This document shows, piece by piece, positions 12,413 to 26,336 of a stretch of DNA of 64,000 bases (its first letter is position 1; each line of letters starts with the position of its first letter). Made by a program: the position numbers and the translations under genes. Origin of the DNA: Macrostomum lignano (Eukaryota); the NCBI GenBank assembly GCA_002269645.1, contig NIVC01000089.1, positions 434,001 to 498,000 on the forward strand, written 5' to 3'. The notes under the pieces are model-generated. The model had not been told where the DNA came from and made no database searches. It was given only the letters and a program-made list of their open reading frames with translations.

Positions 12413-13124
12413 GAGCTGTCTTTGGTTGATGGAGGACCAAAGTGAGAACAAGACTAACAACGCTGAAAACTTGTCATTTACTTTTTAGGCTATAAAGCTA
12501 ACTGTTGATCTTTTACCTCTAAACCCTATTTCGATTCCTGCTAGTGTAAAAAGTGTTACAAAATTACAATAATAATGCTCAGTCAGCCACAAAACAGATA
12601 ACTGCTTTGAGATTGCGATTTTTTATTTTGTAAAAAATTCCAAACAACCATAATTGTGTTCGAGTAAAACACACCGACAAATTATAATCAACAGACACAC
12701 TTATAAAATTGAGTTCGTTAAAAAATAAATGATGTGAGTTTGAGAAAAAATGGTTTGAGTTATTATTAATAGAAGCGAGAAATATTGCGAGAAGTTGAAT
12801 GCAAGGATTATGTAAAATCAGCACAATTATTGCTAACTGAGAAATGCAAAATGCGAAATGAAAAAAATTATTGATCAAGTTGAGTAGCTGATTAACTATG
12901 ACATGAAACAAGTAAGAGCTTATTTGATGATAAAATAGCAAAGCTAAGTGCAATACAACTTGGGTATAGTCTGGCATGAAAACAAACCGGTGAAAAATTC
13001 CAAATAATGTAGCACCATGGTTTTGAAACAACATTTTGCCATACACTATATAAAATAATAGATTGGCAGTCAAGACAAAGACACAAAACGATAATATTAG
13101 TCACGCCGAAAATTAATTTAAAAG

Positions 13125-13625
13125 TGTATAGCGCATTCTGCACTTGATATTTTGCCCTTTTCCACCTTGTCTGGGTCGGCCACCCCGGGTGACCAAGTTC
13201 TGTCTGGTTGGGGGTGGTCCGGCCCTTGGCTTGAGCCCTCACCCCTCCCTTGCGCGCGGCCTGATTGGTCGTTCAGCCGGTTTTAGCTACGATGGGCGGC
13301 TCTTATTCGCTGGGTAAGGCTCTCTCTCTCTCTCCCGCTCACCCTTTCTCTCTGCCCAAGCCGGTTTGGCGGTATTTACGAGTATGCCTTAAGCGTCTCG
13401 CTTTGCCCCTACCCCTTTATTTCCATTTTGCGGTTGTGTTCTTCCTTTTGTTGAGCCACGAAATTAAAACTAAACAGACGAAGCGGAGGAAGAAAGCTTG
13501 ACAGAGAATATAGCTATAGACCATACAGAGCTATTCAGAGAATTGAGATTCAGTAGCATACGCTCGTAAAGAATCAAGCAACAAAATAAACAAGCTCAAC
13601 ACGAATTCGGTGTCCGCCCGTTACA
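13125..13625 (+). mobile_element. Possible solo LTR
   Basis: TGT...ACA ends, internal CCAAT-like and CT-rich segments, AATAAA near the 3' end. No target-site duplication seen. Confidence 0.3.
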
Positions 13626-14092
13626 GCTGATTGACCAAACTGGTAATTTGTGTTGCTCCTTTTCGTGTATACAGATTTAGGGCAGTGCGTCCCAACGCCT
13701 GCTTACTTATTCCTATCCAAATATTTGTTAAGCTACCGATACAATACATCAACGTACCTGCATTAACTATAGAAGCACGCCGTGAGTGTCCCAACACCAC
13801 ATAGTGCCAGGCTAAGTCAGTGCATCCCAACGCCAGACCACCTCGGCCACCCGACAACAACGATCCAGTGCGTCCCGACTTTATTTATAACATACTCGAA
13901 TAATCTTAATCTGACTGTGGAAACCAAACCGACCACAGCCACCACAAGTGTTCAGATAAATCTCTGGCTGGAAATGCAACTGCCTCTGAGACACCTCTGA
14001 ATATGACTAATATAACTCAAACCCAAGTCTAAAAAGCACTTGAGTCGATTTTAACGACTTTCTGACGATAGTAAGCGATTATATCCGCAGTG

Positions 14093-16239
14093 CTACATCA
14101 GGTAGCGTCTATCAACAACATAGACTTTTCCATTGTCGCAGCCGATAGCAGCTTGGCCACTTTCCAACGGGCAGAGGCAGATCGCTGGCCAAGGCGTCTT
14201 CACCGACTGGAAGCTGGCGCGCCACAAGTCGATGCCAAGGAAGCTGAAAACGCGAAGGGTCCGGTCGCTGGTCCAGCAGCACAGCAGCAGGCGGTCGCCA
14301 AAGAACTCCAAGCAAGGCGGCATCTCCGATTCGAACGTCCCGCCGTCTGGCGCGCCCCAGTCGCTCGCCTCAACTGTAGTTTTAGCCGGCTTCAGATGGA
14401 ACGCGCGCAGACTGTAGGTGCCGAGAGTCACGTGGTCGAGGACGCAGAGCCTGGCCGCAGTCGGATTCCAGGCCAGTCGCATCGGCGCCGACAATCGCAG
14501 TTTGTCACGAGCCAGCGTCGCTTTGCAAGTTTTAGGTGCGGTCAGGGAGACCAGGTAGATACCCTGGCTTGGCGAGCAAATTGCCAGAAACTTGCCGGTG
14601 CTCACGGCGTCCTCGGGTGCAGACAGGCGGTGACTGCAGAATGTTATTTAAGAAAGATGGATTCCACTAGCCGTTTATACTAGCAACGCACACACATACG
14701 TGTAAGTCACTATTGGCTAAGAAAAGTTATGTAAAATCTGGCCCATCCCGCCACATCAGTTTCTGTGGCTATGATTCATACAAGGCACACTTACAGTAAG
14801 CGTCTGGAAGAAATATGAGACTTACACGCAGCTAAAATACGGACCAACAGTGAGAATCGGTGACAAGTTTTGTCTGGCCAACAGGTGAACCTGACAGTTG
14901 GACTTGTCAATTAGGATAAGCGCGTCCCATTCTTTAAACGAGCGAATACGATAGGCATTCTTCACGTGAGGGCCAATGTTGCGAGCTGTGCCAAACTTTC
15001 CACTTGAATCGTACACGGAAACACTTTTTGGATGCGACTCAATTGAGTAGAATTCGTCAGATAAATAAGTTAGCGACGTTGGTTTCTCACGGAGACTGAT
15101 TGACAGTTGGCAAGGAAACGGCGAGGAATCGCTACTTGAGGAATTTTGTTGCTTACTAGATGAGGAACTTAGAGACTGGTCTGTTGATTTAAAATGATGT
15201 GACGCCTTTAGCTTATCCATGTGAGGCGGTACCGACTTCTTTTCAACAATACACGGAGATTCACTTAGGATTGAAACGGAATAGTCTTTGTCGGAATCTG
15301 ATACAGACGCACTCTGTCCAGAAGCTGACACAGGTGTACCTTTTCCAGTCGCAGAAGGCATAGATGCACCTTTACCTGTCGCTGACGGCATAGATGCACC
15401 TCTTCCAGTAGCTGACACAGACGAGTAGCGGCTATTTCGAGCTGATGCGGAACCAATTTTAGTAGAAGCAGACACATTACCACCTTCATCAGAGGTTGTT
15501 TCAGATGCGCCTTTGTTGGCATCCAATGTTATTTCTGTATTGAATACGGAACTCTGTAATGGTTTATAATAGTAGTTATAATCACATGCATGCAATTGAC
15601 TTTATATGATTGTATATTTTTCAAGTGAACTGATAGACACTATCAACTCACTTGTACACCAGCTTGCTTATTTTGAACTTCTGACAAAGCAGAGCGCAAG
15701 TTCTCCGTGCTTAGCAGTGAATACGCAGAGAGAATTTCGCTTTCTTCATCACTCTCAACCTTCGCAGCGTCCACAGATGAGGCGAACGGGTTGTCTGCCT
15801 GGCGCCTCATCGTCCACTCGTCGTGCCAACTGATCTTTAGACTTTCCAGCAGACGCTCCGTTCGCCGCGTGGCCAGTTTTATATCGAACTACCCGATCTG
15901 CAGCAGGTCAGCTTCGCACCGCAGGCAAGCGTCAAGCCTCTGCTCGACATCGCAGTGAGTCGCTGAGTGATCAGACTTATGATCACCGGAGCCCGTCAAC
16001 TTCTCTGCATCCTCGGCAATAATGAGACTATTAATTCGCTGTTCAGGTGTCAGAGAGTGATCTTGAATCTCTCTGAGCAGGCCGGCTCTGCAAATCTCCA
16101 ACTTGGCGATTGAATCGTTGAAAAACTCGTTCACCTGCCTGAGCAGCTCTTTGTTGTCAGATGCGCGGTTAATCAGCGACCGGAGCTGCGTAGACTTGAA
16201 CTGCATTGCCCCCGTGTCTATTATTGATGAGCGAGACAT
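14093..16239 (-). pseudogene. Array gene G2: coiled coil + NHL-like propeller with an in-frame TAG
   Basis: Exons 16239-15652, 15553-14826 and 14633-14093 join in frame (phase 0, phase 2). TAG at 15891-15889 lies inside IG*FDIKLATRRTERLLESLKISW..ADNPF, collinear with G1 SGHFDAMLASRRTHRLLDSLKIDW..ADNPF. Confidence 0.75.
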
Positions 16240-16870
16240 TCGGCAAGCTGAAATAGGACGTTTGAAAATACGCGTAAATTACAACTGCTAGGGTGCAAGA
16301 CTGACTGGCTTCAAGGTAAAACAGCTGCAACTGTAAGCTCGTTTTAACCACAATTAGAGCTTAGAAACGTTAGATAGATAGCCCATTTGATGCCCAAGCT
16401 ACACTGTCATTTGTCTGAAGCTTCACGTCTGGCTCTATCTAAAATATTTTTGACAGCCTTTAAAAGAAAATTACCTAGTACTGTGGAGGTTCTACCACCG
16501 GAACCTCCCTATGTAACTAAAATTCAATGCATAATAGCAAAAAATAAAGCAAAGAAGCATAGCAATTCCAAAAAAGCCAATGGCAAAAGTATATATTTAA
16601 ATGCCCACTTTGACGCCACACAATCAGTAAAACGCAGCTGCTTGAACGAACAAACTTGCTAGACATGGAAGCTTCTCTAAAAAAGAAATGCTAGCTTTGA
16701 ACGACAAAAACGGTGACCACAAAAAGAATAAATTTATATAAAAACTCTTATGAGAGGTTAATAAATATACTTGACGAAACCTAATAGGACCCCAGACACA
16801 GACATTATTTAGTGCCTTTAGACAGTTTCGCATTATTGCCACCAGCACAAGCTCCACTTGCTCAAGCTAA

Positions 16871-19209
16871 TTACGGTTCGAGGCGCAGCAGGCTGACGCG
16901 GCAGCCGCGCTTATCGCAGACTGCCAGGCGACTGCCGCCATCTCCGACTGGATCGTCGACCCAGCAAACGTCGGTCAGACGCTCCCAGTTACCGAACTCA
17001 CACGTGTAGTTAAGCCTGCGCAGCGGATTTCGGTCCAGTCGACGAAAAGATTCATCGCGAAACTGCATCAACTCGTAGCCATCGACGATGACGGCCAACG
17101 GCGAAAAGCCGCTGCCGCCAGACGGCAGGTAGGCGATCTCGGGCGTCCTGTCCGAGGCCAGGCACGCGTAGAATTCGCTGTTCAGCATGAGACCACCTGA
17201 CGGTTCGTGACAGTTGGCGAATTCAAAAGCGCGCGCAACGTAGCGACCGTCTTCATCGTCCACAACCACCAGATGGCCGGCCGACTCGCACCAGGCCATG
17301 CGGACCGGCTGCTCGAGGTCCAGATATTCGCAGGTCTGCGTCACCACGCGAACGGCGCTGTGAGCGGAGTCGACAACAAGGATAAAAATGCCAACCAATG
17401 GGCAGCAGATAAAGAGACAGCTGCCGTTGCTCACAGCCTGCTCAGGATTCTCAAGAAAGTACCTGAAAATGAGAACATTTGATTGATCGTGTTTACGAGT
17501 AGAAACTTGCTTATATTATAGTTTGTCCGCTAACTAGAGCGAACTCTAATAATACCGACTATGGCTAGAACACATGATAATAATCAACCACAGAAGGCTT
17601 GCACTACTACAGAAGCAGTGTCACTTCAGGTTCAGTTCATGACAAGCTAAACATTCACGCCCCATTTCGTTTAACCGCCCTGAGCACGCAGGCATGTGTT
17701 CACATAGGGAGCACAGCGATCAAGACTTTTTATCGTCAGGCATGTTTAAACTCTGTGCCTTAGGGGGTTGGCCTTTATGGACAAGAATCGCACAATCCCC
17801 CCAAGTCAATTTAGGCACGGGGCCCAAATTAAATTGGCCGCGCAAACCAAATTTAACCTGGTGACTTTGGTGCGAGTCGGGGCGCGCTACCGCTGAGCTG
17901 CTCCACTCATATAATTGATAATTAATAATTTATTACACCTGCCCCAATTAGGCAGATGTGCAACTGACAGCTCAGCCGCAGCTATTGCGCGGCGCATCTG
18001 AAGGCTGCGTACGGCTGTTCAGTTTAAAGACTGGGGGGTCGCGACACACACCCTCAATTACCCCAGCTAATGCTGGCACCCATTTTACCGTCGTGAGTCC
18101 GACGCTCTGACCACTAGGCTACAACTCCAAGTGACCTCAGATCACGTGATCAGAAAGCTACAACATGTAAATCAAAGCAGATCCAGAACAGCATGTTAGA
18201 CATCACTGGGCAGTCTCAAAACTAATCAAATAATGAACATTCTATTGGATCGGGAAACGTCTAAAAAAGTTCAGAATTCTAACGCTCACCTAGCACTAAC
18301 TTTAGGACCGATTTCCCACTCGCAGCGGTGCTTCGAATTGACACAAAGCACAATATCGTTGCGGTTGTCAACAATGATGAGCCAGTCGTTAGTTTTGCAC
18401 GAGCTAAGCCGATAGGCTTTCGTATGCTGCATTTCCACGCCATCAAAATCTGTGACTCGAAGCTGGCCGCGATACTTTCCGCTAACTGCATCGTATCTGT
18501 GAACAGAGTTCTTCTCCACAGTGTAGAATTTACCGTGAATACTGGCGATAGAATACGGCGAATTCATTGTGCGAAACTGCTGCGTATACAATTTCTTGGC
18601 ACCGTGACCGACACTGTTAGGTGAACCTAAAGCTGTTGAGTAGCTAGAAGCACTTGAATTAGGACTAAACCCAGTAGCAGCCATGTTGCTTTGGTTCGAG
18701 TTAACCAAGGTGGTACGGGCAACTCCAGTAGCAGCAGCCATGTAGCTTTGGTTCGAGTTAACCAAGGTGGTACGGGCAACTCCAGTAGCAGCAGCCATGT
18801 AGCTTTGGTTCGCGTTCCCAACGGTGCTATGACAAACTTCAGTGGCGGTCATGTTGCTTTGGTTAGCGCTATTTGCTCCACAAACTGTGCTGCCAGCAGC
18901 TGTATAAACAGTGTTGTAGTTAGAAGATCTTGAAGGCTCGACAGAGTTTTCCGATACCACAGTGTCAGGTGTCCAGTCAAGCCGCAGACAATCCAAAAGA
19001 TGGCTGGCGCGCCTACCAGCTTCGGATAAGTCCAGGCCGATTCGCGGTACACTGGACGATTCAGATGGAGCAGAAATTGTTTCGCTAAGCTGGCGGTACA
19101 GCTCGGACTGACGCCGCTCGAGCTCGGTGACGGTCTCTTCAAAGAAGCCGCCTAGGCGGGCGCGCAGCAAGCGTAGCTGCTGCTGCTGCTCAACGTTGGA
19201 TTGTTGCAT
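16871..19209 (-). CDS. Array gene G3: coiled coil + NHL-like propeller, 503 aa
   Basis: Exons 19209-18290 and 17462-16871. AG|GTGAGC donor and TTTTCAG| acceptor, phase 2. The junction reads GPKVSAR-YFLENPEQAVSNG, as in paralogs. Confidence 0.85.
17640..17907 (-). mobile_element. tRNA-derived SINE-like fragment in the G3 intron
   Basis: Minus strand starts GAGTGGAGCAGCTCAGCGGTAGCGCGCCCCGACTCGC (tRNA-like head with A box). Confidence 0.45.
17910..18128 (-). mobile_element. tRNA-derived SINE, internally deleted copy
   Basis: Reverse complement of 56066-56345 (TAGCCTAGTGGTCAGAGCGTC...GTAAAATGGGTGCCAGCATTAGCTGGGG), lacking the middle segment. Confidence 0.75.
18671..18870 (-). repeat. Coding 57-bp tandem repeat in the G3 linker (NSNQSYMAAATGVARTTLV)
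   Basis: CCAGTAGCAG at 18671, 18725 and 18782; about 3.5 copies, in frame. Confidence 0.9.
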
Positions 19210-19869
19210 CGGATGTACGCGAAGTTTGAGTCTTGAGCGTGAGAAGCCACTTGGAAAAACGAAATAATTTTGTCCTTACCGGGCCAGCTGAAAGCAGCGG
19301 GAGAATGATATGATTAAAAAAGGATAAAATTGGCACTAAACAGTGCAGTTTTATCTACATGCATAGTTTAACACGCAAAACACATCCAATAAAGACTAAG
19401 GCCTAAAACTGAAGGCCAAAGTTCAATTAAGCTAAAATAATGAAAGAAAAAATCTGAACTTAAATGTATTTTTTTATTTAAGTTAAGTAATAAGTAACTA
19501 TTAAGTATTAACTTAGGTATTGCTTCTTCGAGCAGTAAAATTTTAATTACAGATGTTATTTACATCAAAAAGTCGAAAGAGTCAGCTTATACCTATTAAG
19601 ATTTTTAAGAAGTTGGATAAGCTGCTGCAAAAGCATCATATTTTCTCCGTTTAATGATCATACTTGATCGATACAACTACTGAATTCTGTAGAAAATACG
19701 ATAGCTAAAGAGAAGGAATGTATGAAAATCGAAAAATATAGGCAATAAAAATGTCTTAGAAATACGATACGAGCTGAATCAGCAGTATACTTGATCCGCT
19801 GTATGCACAAAACAAACGGAATTCTAATCAAAGCAGTTTGATTTCGGGTTTAAGCAGTGTTGCCAAAAT

Positions 19870-21726
19870 TTAGCAGGTGTTCAGTAATCGAATCCATCGA
19901 GTTTTCTTATCGCAAACTGCAACGCGGAATTCGTCAACAACGCAAATGTCCGTGATATGCCCCCAGTTGGCGGGCTTGCTAAAACTGTACAACTCATGGC
20001 ACTGAGGGTCATACAAACACTCTCGATTGAAGGCTCCTACATATGTTTTATTGTGAGTGAAAACAACTCTATCGGAGTCAGGTAAGCAGACGAATTCTGG
20101 CACATAATCCGACTGAATACTCATACAATGATCGCTGGCCTTGGCAAGGCCGCCAGCAAAAGACGACCCAGTGACCTCCAATGCGTGAAAAGTGTAAGAG
20201 GCAGAGTGACCTTCGTCGTTTATAACTATTAATCGATTGGTTGCCAGACTCCAAGCTATGCAAATAGGCTGTGACAAGCCAATGTGCTCAATTGTTTGTG
20301 TCACGCTCCTGTTGTCGCTGAATCGCACAATAAAAATAGCCTGCTCAGGACAGCAGATAAACAAATGACTGCCGTTGCTGACAGCCTCGACTGGATCTTG
20401 AAGTCTGTACCTGTAAATGTGTAGAAAATTATAAAGATGTTTGTAAATTGCGCTGAAATTTATCAATGCACGAGAATCGTAGAATCATGAATACTCGCAC
20501 GCTTGCTATATGCCTACTTACTTGGCACTAATACGAGGCCCAGCCTGAAACCGGACAACACCGTCCGAGTCAACACACAGGACTCGATCATTATCGCACT
20601 CAATAATCAATAACCAATCGTTTTCAGTGCAACGTCGAACGTACAGAGGTCGATAATCGACAGGATTACATTCATCATCAGTTAAGGCCAGTTTGCCCAA
20701 ACAGCGCCCGTCCTGACAGCGGTATTGTCGAATGCAGCCGCCCTCAACTGTATAGAATTTGTCATGCACGTAGGTGACAGACTTCGGCGCACCAACAGTG
20801 CGACAGTCTTTTATCTCAATAAAGCTGGACGTATCGGAAGAATCAGACGAAGGAGAGTCGGATATGCTCGGTGGGCGGTCGTCTGCATCGAAGCCTGCGT
20901 TATGCTGCAAATATGATAAGCCATTAGCACCTGCTGGCTGCATGCTTAAAGGCTGTGTTGCGCTTAGAGGCGGAAAAAACATATCGATAGCAGAGACGCT
21001 ACCGGAATGCGTTGGAGTGTGATCTAATCTATAAGGATCAGGTGTTTCGGCACTGGGCGATTGACTGCCAGTTGCGTCGCAAGCTTTGAGACTGTTGGAA
21101 GGCGTCAGGACATGCGAGAAGTCGATTGAGCCGCTTGAAGCAAACTCTCCGTAGGCGGACTCTGTCGTAGGCGGCTCAGAAACCGTTGCCGACGACGCAC
21201 CTGCAGCGAATGGATTGTCGGCCCGACGTTGCCGCACCCAATCGGCATCTTCGCCGTCGCCATCATCATGACAGCTCGAGTTTAACCGAAGACAGGACAG
21301 TAAACGGCGAGTGCGACGTTCAGCCTCGGCGAGGTCGATGTCAGGTTGCTCTCGCAAGGCGATGGCATCATCCAGGCGTCGCAGAAGGTCGACCGAGGCG
21401 GTCTCCGAACAGACTGCTGAGGCCGCTTCGGCAGCTTCTGTCAGCAGCGTTTGTTCTTTCCCGGAATTTGCCGCCGCCGCTGCAGCTAACCGACGGTCGA
21501 GAGCTGCCTGCAGTTCTGTCCTGCGCCGCTCGAACCTTTGCAGCGTCTCATCGAAGTATGCGTCTAACTGAGTGCGCAGCTGTCGAGTCTCAGTCTCAGC
21601 TGCGCTAATCTGGTGGAGGCTTTCGTCTTCGACTGCAGATTCGGCTGCGCTCAGCAAACGCTTCAGTTGTGTCGCTTTGACTCGAATCAAGTCAACATTA
21701 GCGCTTGCCTTTTCCGTGTTAAGCAT
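19870..21726 (-). CDS. Array gene G4: coiled coil + NHL-like propeller, 581 aa
   Basis: Likely ATG at 21726. Exons 21726-20522 and 20410-19870, separated by a 111-bp phase-2 intron (AA|GTAAGT...TTTACAG|). Carries the DWVRQRRADNPF motif. Confidence 0.85.
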
Positions 21727-22351
21727 TCTTTTTTTCTTTGGTGTAATTGTGCCTGAAAAAAGGTATGAGCAAGCACGAAATATTTTTTTTATACACAGAA
21801 GCACAATTAACGACCCAACAGCCATCCTACGAATCGTATATAGCTGCTTTTTAGAATTACTAGGCGAACTAATTTTGTACAATCTGATATTAATCGCTAT
21901 TATTAATAATATAATAATACTCGTTCCCTAGTGACTCAGTGAGAAATCAATCGAACTATATAGACGGAAACTTGCTAATAAATACTTTAAGTGAAATGCA
22001 AAACTGCTTCCACGAACTCGAGACAGTCAAAGAAAGATATAATCGCATTTAAACATAGAAGAAAATAAATAGACCGCATAAAATAATAATTTTTAACATC
22101 AAATAATTCTGACAAAGCAAACGGCCACCTGTAAATACAAGCTATGAGCTACATAAGTAAATTGCAAAAGCTGCAGCTAGCCAGAAAAGTCAAGCTTGGC
22201 ACAAAAATACATTAATAAATTGCTAATACATTGGCAAAAATAGAAAAAAAACTTTACCGGATTGCTGTTACGATTATAATGACAAGCGAAGTTAAAGTAT
22301 TAAACTGACAATAGGGAGAAATACTTTGAATGAAATGCACAAACTACCATA

Positions 22352-22890
22352 TATGCTCAGCAACACTCAAAAGTTCCACCCTCCAAGCAAAATGAAAATT
22401 TTCTCACTTATTGCGGCAACTTCTCACCCACAATTCAATCCTCCAATTACGCAACTAAGCCGCCGCGAGGAAGGGAAATTTGATTGAATCAATAATAAAC
22501 GTCAGTCGCACAAAATCATAACAGTTTATTTTTCATGCAAAATGCAGTCAGAATCGCGATACTTAACAAGGCACGTGGGATCCCCTAGCACGCAGAATCT
22601 GCGGGGCATCCCCAGGATGAGGCGGCGCAGAAAGTCCTGGGGAAGACATGCTCTATGATGGATTCTTGTCTGGGGACCGAGAAGGCCAGCGCAGAGTGCG
22701 CAACTGTTCTTTCAGTTGATTAACAGCATCAGCTCGATGTGGCGGCTTTTGTTTTGTACCATTAAACAGACCCAAGCCACCCCAAGGTGGCAATAAGCTT
22801 CGCGCGTGCCGTAAGCTGCGTCACTTGCAATAAGTGAGAAAAATTCATCTCGCTTGGAGGGTGGAAATTTTGACTGTTGCTCAGTACATA
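22352..22890. mobile_element. MITE-like element with ~60-bp imperfect terminal inverted repeats
   Basis: TTCCACCCTCCAAGCAAAATGAAAATTTTCTCACTTATTGC at 22374-22414 is mirrored at 22827-22867. Confidence 0.6.
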
Positions 22891-22968
22891 TCTACGAAAA
22901 ATTTCTCACAATGAACAACTCAAAAGTACTAAACGGTTATCTGCCACTCAGGTCACTTAAAAAGCATT

Positions 22969-25900
22969 TCATTTCATACTTAGTACGCGAATCCATCGAG
23001 TCTTCTTGTCGCACACAGCCACCAGACCCTCGCATACGACACAGATACCGGAGAGCAGCTGTGACTGGACAAATCTGCACGTAGAATCGCTATCGCCTGG
23101 GGGATTGTAGAATATCTCACTGCCGAATAGGGTGACTTTAGAGTCGTTAGAAGTGTAAACAACTTTATCAGACTCAGGAAAGCAAACAAGATCCGGCTCG
23201 TTGTAAGAATCCAATTTCAAATATGAAATATTGGCCTTTGAAAGACCACCAATTCCACCACCAGTGACGTCAAACACATCCACAGTGTATGAGCCATTGT
23301 CTTTGTTGTCCATTACAATCAACCGACTGGTCACCTCACTCCAGGCAAGGCGAATGGGCCTGGATAAGCGCAGATGCTCTTTGGTCTGCGTCACAGTCCT
23401 ACCGTCACTGATTCGTACAAAGAAAATGGCTTGTTCAGGACAGCAAATGAACAGATGAGTGCCGCGGCTCACCGCTTGTACCGGGTCTTCTAGTGAGTAT
23501 CTAAAAAGTAAGAATTACTTGGATATGCAGATAAAGAATGTTTAATAAGAGTGCACGTGGCAACTGTGAACAACAGCGAAATGATTTAACGAAGCTACAA
23601 CTTACTTCGCACTGATACGAGGTCCGAATATTCGCTCCGCAGTGCCGAATATATTGACGCAAACGACACAACAATTTTCCTTGTCGACAATCAACAGCCA
23701 GTCATTGGTAGCGCAGCTGTGAAGAGAAAATGGCCGAATATGCTCCATAGGTTCTCCATCCTCGTCAACCAGTGCTAGTTTTCCCAGGCAGCGACTATCT
23801 TGCCAACTGTATTTACGAATACAGCCGCCTTCTACTGTGTAGAATCTGTTGTGCACGAATGCGATGGACTTCGGTGCACCAATAGTATGACAGTCGCTCA
23901 TATCGAATAACCCAGACGATAGACTTGTTGATTCGTCATCAGAAGCATCAGCACTATAAAGCTTGTCTCCCGTGTTATGAAGGCTGGACGATTCGCAGCT
24001 ACCTGAATTCGATTTATAATTAAGTCTATCAAAATCATAATTAAATGAAGATGGCTCTGCTGAGCATGGTCTCCGACTGGTGTGCGTGGAACTTGTGACG
24101 GGACTGTCACCAGCAATAGCATCATTCGCCAATGGAGTCACAGACGCTGAAATTGTATGTTTGCTACGGTCGGAATCTTCAGAGCGAAGATTGCCAGTGG
24201 AATTAGTAGACTTGGCGTATAGCACGTAGATCTTTCTAGCCTTGTGGTCGCACACGGCCAAACGATCTTCGTCAATGACGCATATGTCTGAGAGGCGCTT
24301 CCACTCGTCGAACTTGCACAGCATTGTGGCCATTTTTATGGGTATATTAAACGAATCGTAGTCAAACTGCATCAATTCAGTGCCGTAAGAAGTGTAAACA
24401 ACTCTGCCAGACTTGGCTAAGCAAACAAGATCAGGGTCGTAGTTGGAATATAATTTCAAATAAGAGTCGTTGACCATCGAAAGACCACCAATTCCACCAC
24501 CAGTGACGTCAAACACATCCACAGTGTATGAGCCATTGTCTTTGTTGTCCATTACAATCAACCGACTGGTCACCTCACTCCAGGCAAGGCGAATGGGTCT
24601 GGATAAGCGCAGATGCTCTTTGGTCTGCGTCACAGTCCTACCGTCACTGATTCGTACAAAGAAAATGGCTTGTTCAGGACAGCAAATGAACAGATGAGTG
24701 CCGCTGCTCACCGCTTGTACCGGGTCTTCAAGTGAGTACCTAGAGTGAATAATTACAAAAGATATTTTTATATTCTGAGGCTTCAAATGAGACAAGAGAC
24801 CTCTCAGGTCAGAAAACAATGATCATATTTTATTCTATGTGAACTTCTATAATTAGGTCAGATTAGCATACTTATTTTAGTGCTGAGTACTTTTGATAAA
24901 AAAATTAAGCTAAATACAGAACAAGGATACGCTAGAATCCTAGGTTATATGAATTGAAGCAAACAGTTTCAGCTGACGACGTACTTAGCACTAACTCGTG
25001 GTCCAAATTTGAATCTCACAATTTCGTATGAATCGACACAAGCAACACGACAATTAACCATGTCGACGATCAACAACCAATCGTTGGTGTCGCAGCTTCG
25101 AACAGAATAGGGAGTAACATCTACAGACTCATCGTCTTCGTTAGTCAAGTTTAGCTTGCCTAGACAGCGTAAATCCTGCAAGCGGTATTTCCGAATGCAG
25201 TCCCCCTCCACTGTATAAAATCGTCCGTGTACGAAGGTCAAAGACACCGGAGCACTGACAGTATCGAAATTAGCCAATTCCTCACAGAAGTGTAATGATT
25301 CCGAGGACGGAAAATCAGAATTAGAAGAACTGCTTGGTTTGAACTCTACAGCTGCCTCTTGGTAATCAAAGTTGTCAGGCATATCCTGATAACTTGTAGA
25401 TTCAATACGCTCTAAGTTGATTTTGGATTCAACCATCTCCTTTCTATCGGACGCATCAATAGTAGGATGCGCGCTTCTATAAAAACCAGCCTCTTTGGAG
25501 ATATTTTCCGAAATCTTCTTTAATGATGAAAACTCGCAAGGACCAAAGCCAGTAATAATCTTTGTCGAATCGTAAGAATTCTCAGCTGAGGCTGCCTGCG
25601 GGCCGCTATCGTTCATTTCATTGGTTAAATGCTTACAAACATTAGACGCGCTCAACACTCCACTGTCAGAAATGTTTTCAGGGCCACTCCATGGCGATAG
25701 GACACGTGAGAAGGCAATTGAGCCGTTTGACGCGATCTGTCCGTAGGCAGACTCTTGAGCAGGCTCAGAAACCGTGGCTGGCGACGCACCCGCAGCAAAC
25801 GGATCGTCGGCCCGACGCTGCCGCATCCAGTCAGCATCTTCCTCGTCACAGCCATCTTGATGGCTCCAAGCAAACGTCAGACAGGCCAGTAAACGACGAG

Positions 25901-26336
25901 TGCGACGTTCCGCCTCGGCGAGGTCGATGCCGGAACCATCGTCACCATCGACGCTGGGTCGCTCGCGCAGGGCGATGGCTTCGTCCAAGCGTCGCATAAG
26001 ATCGACCGAGGCGGCATCAGATGAGCCTGCTGATAAAAAAGCATTCGCTTCAGCTAGCAACGTCTGTTCCGCTCCGTCACCTGCAGCAGCAGCAACCACT
26101 AATCTCCGCTCGAGAGCTGCCTGCAATTGCGCCTGGCGCTGTCCCAGCTTCCGCAACGTCTCGTCGAAGAAAGCATCTAATCTAATCCGCAACTTTTGAG
26201 TCGCCTCTTTTACAGCACTTATATTATCGGCATCACAATTTGCGGCAGACTCAGACGCACCAAGCAGACGTTTCAGTTGAGTGGCCTTGGCTCGAATTAA
26301 TTCGACATCTGTGTCCGATGATTTATTGATCGGCAT
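22969..26336 (-). CDS. Array gene G5: coiled coil + two tandem NHL-like propellers, 1005 aa
   Basis: Exons 26336-24985, 24739-23606 and 23500-22969, both introns phase 2, total 3018 nt in frame. The middle exon encodes half 2, a Ser-rich linker, then half 1. Confidence 0.8.

Noticed and set aside
12579-13242. ORFs of 164 and 116 aa
   Set aside because: AT-rich, hydrophobic-biased, and no similarity to the array family or to any domain I recognise.
20725-26199. Plus-strand ORFs overlapping G4/G5 (e.g. 21186-21608, 25691-25999)
   Set aside because: Antisense shadows of GC-rich coding sequence with no independent features.
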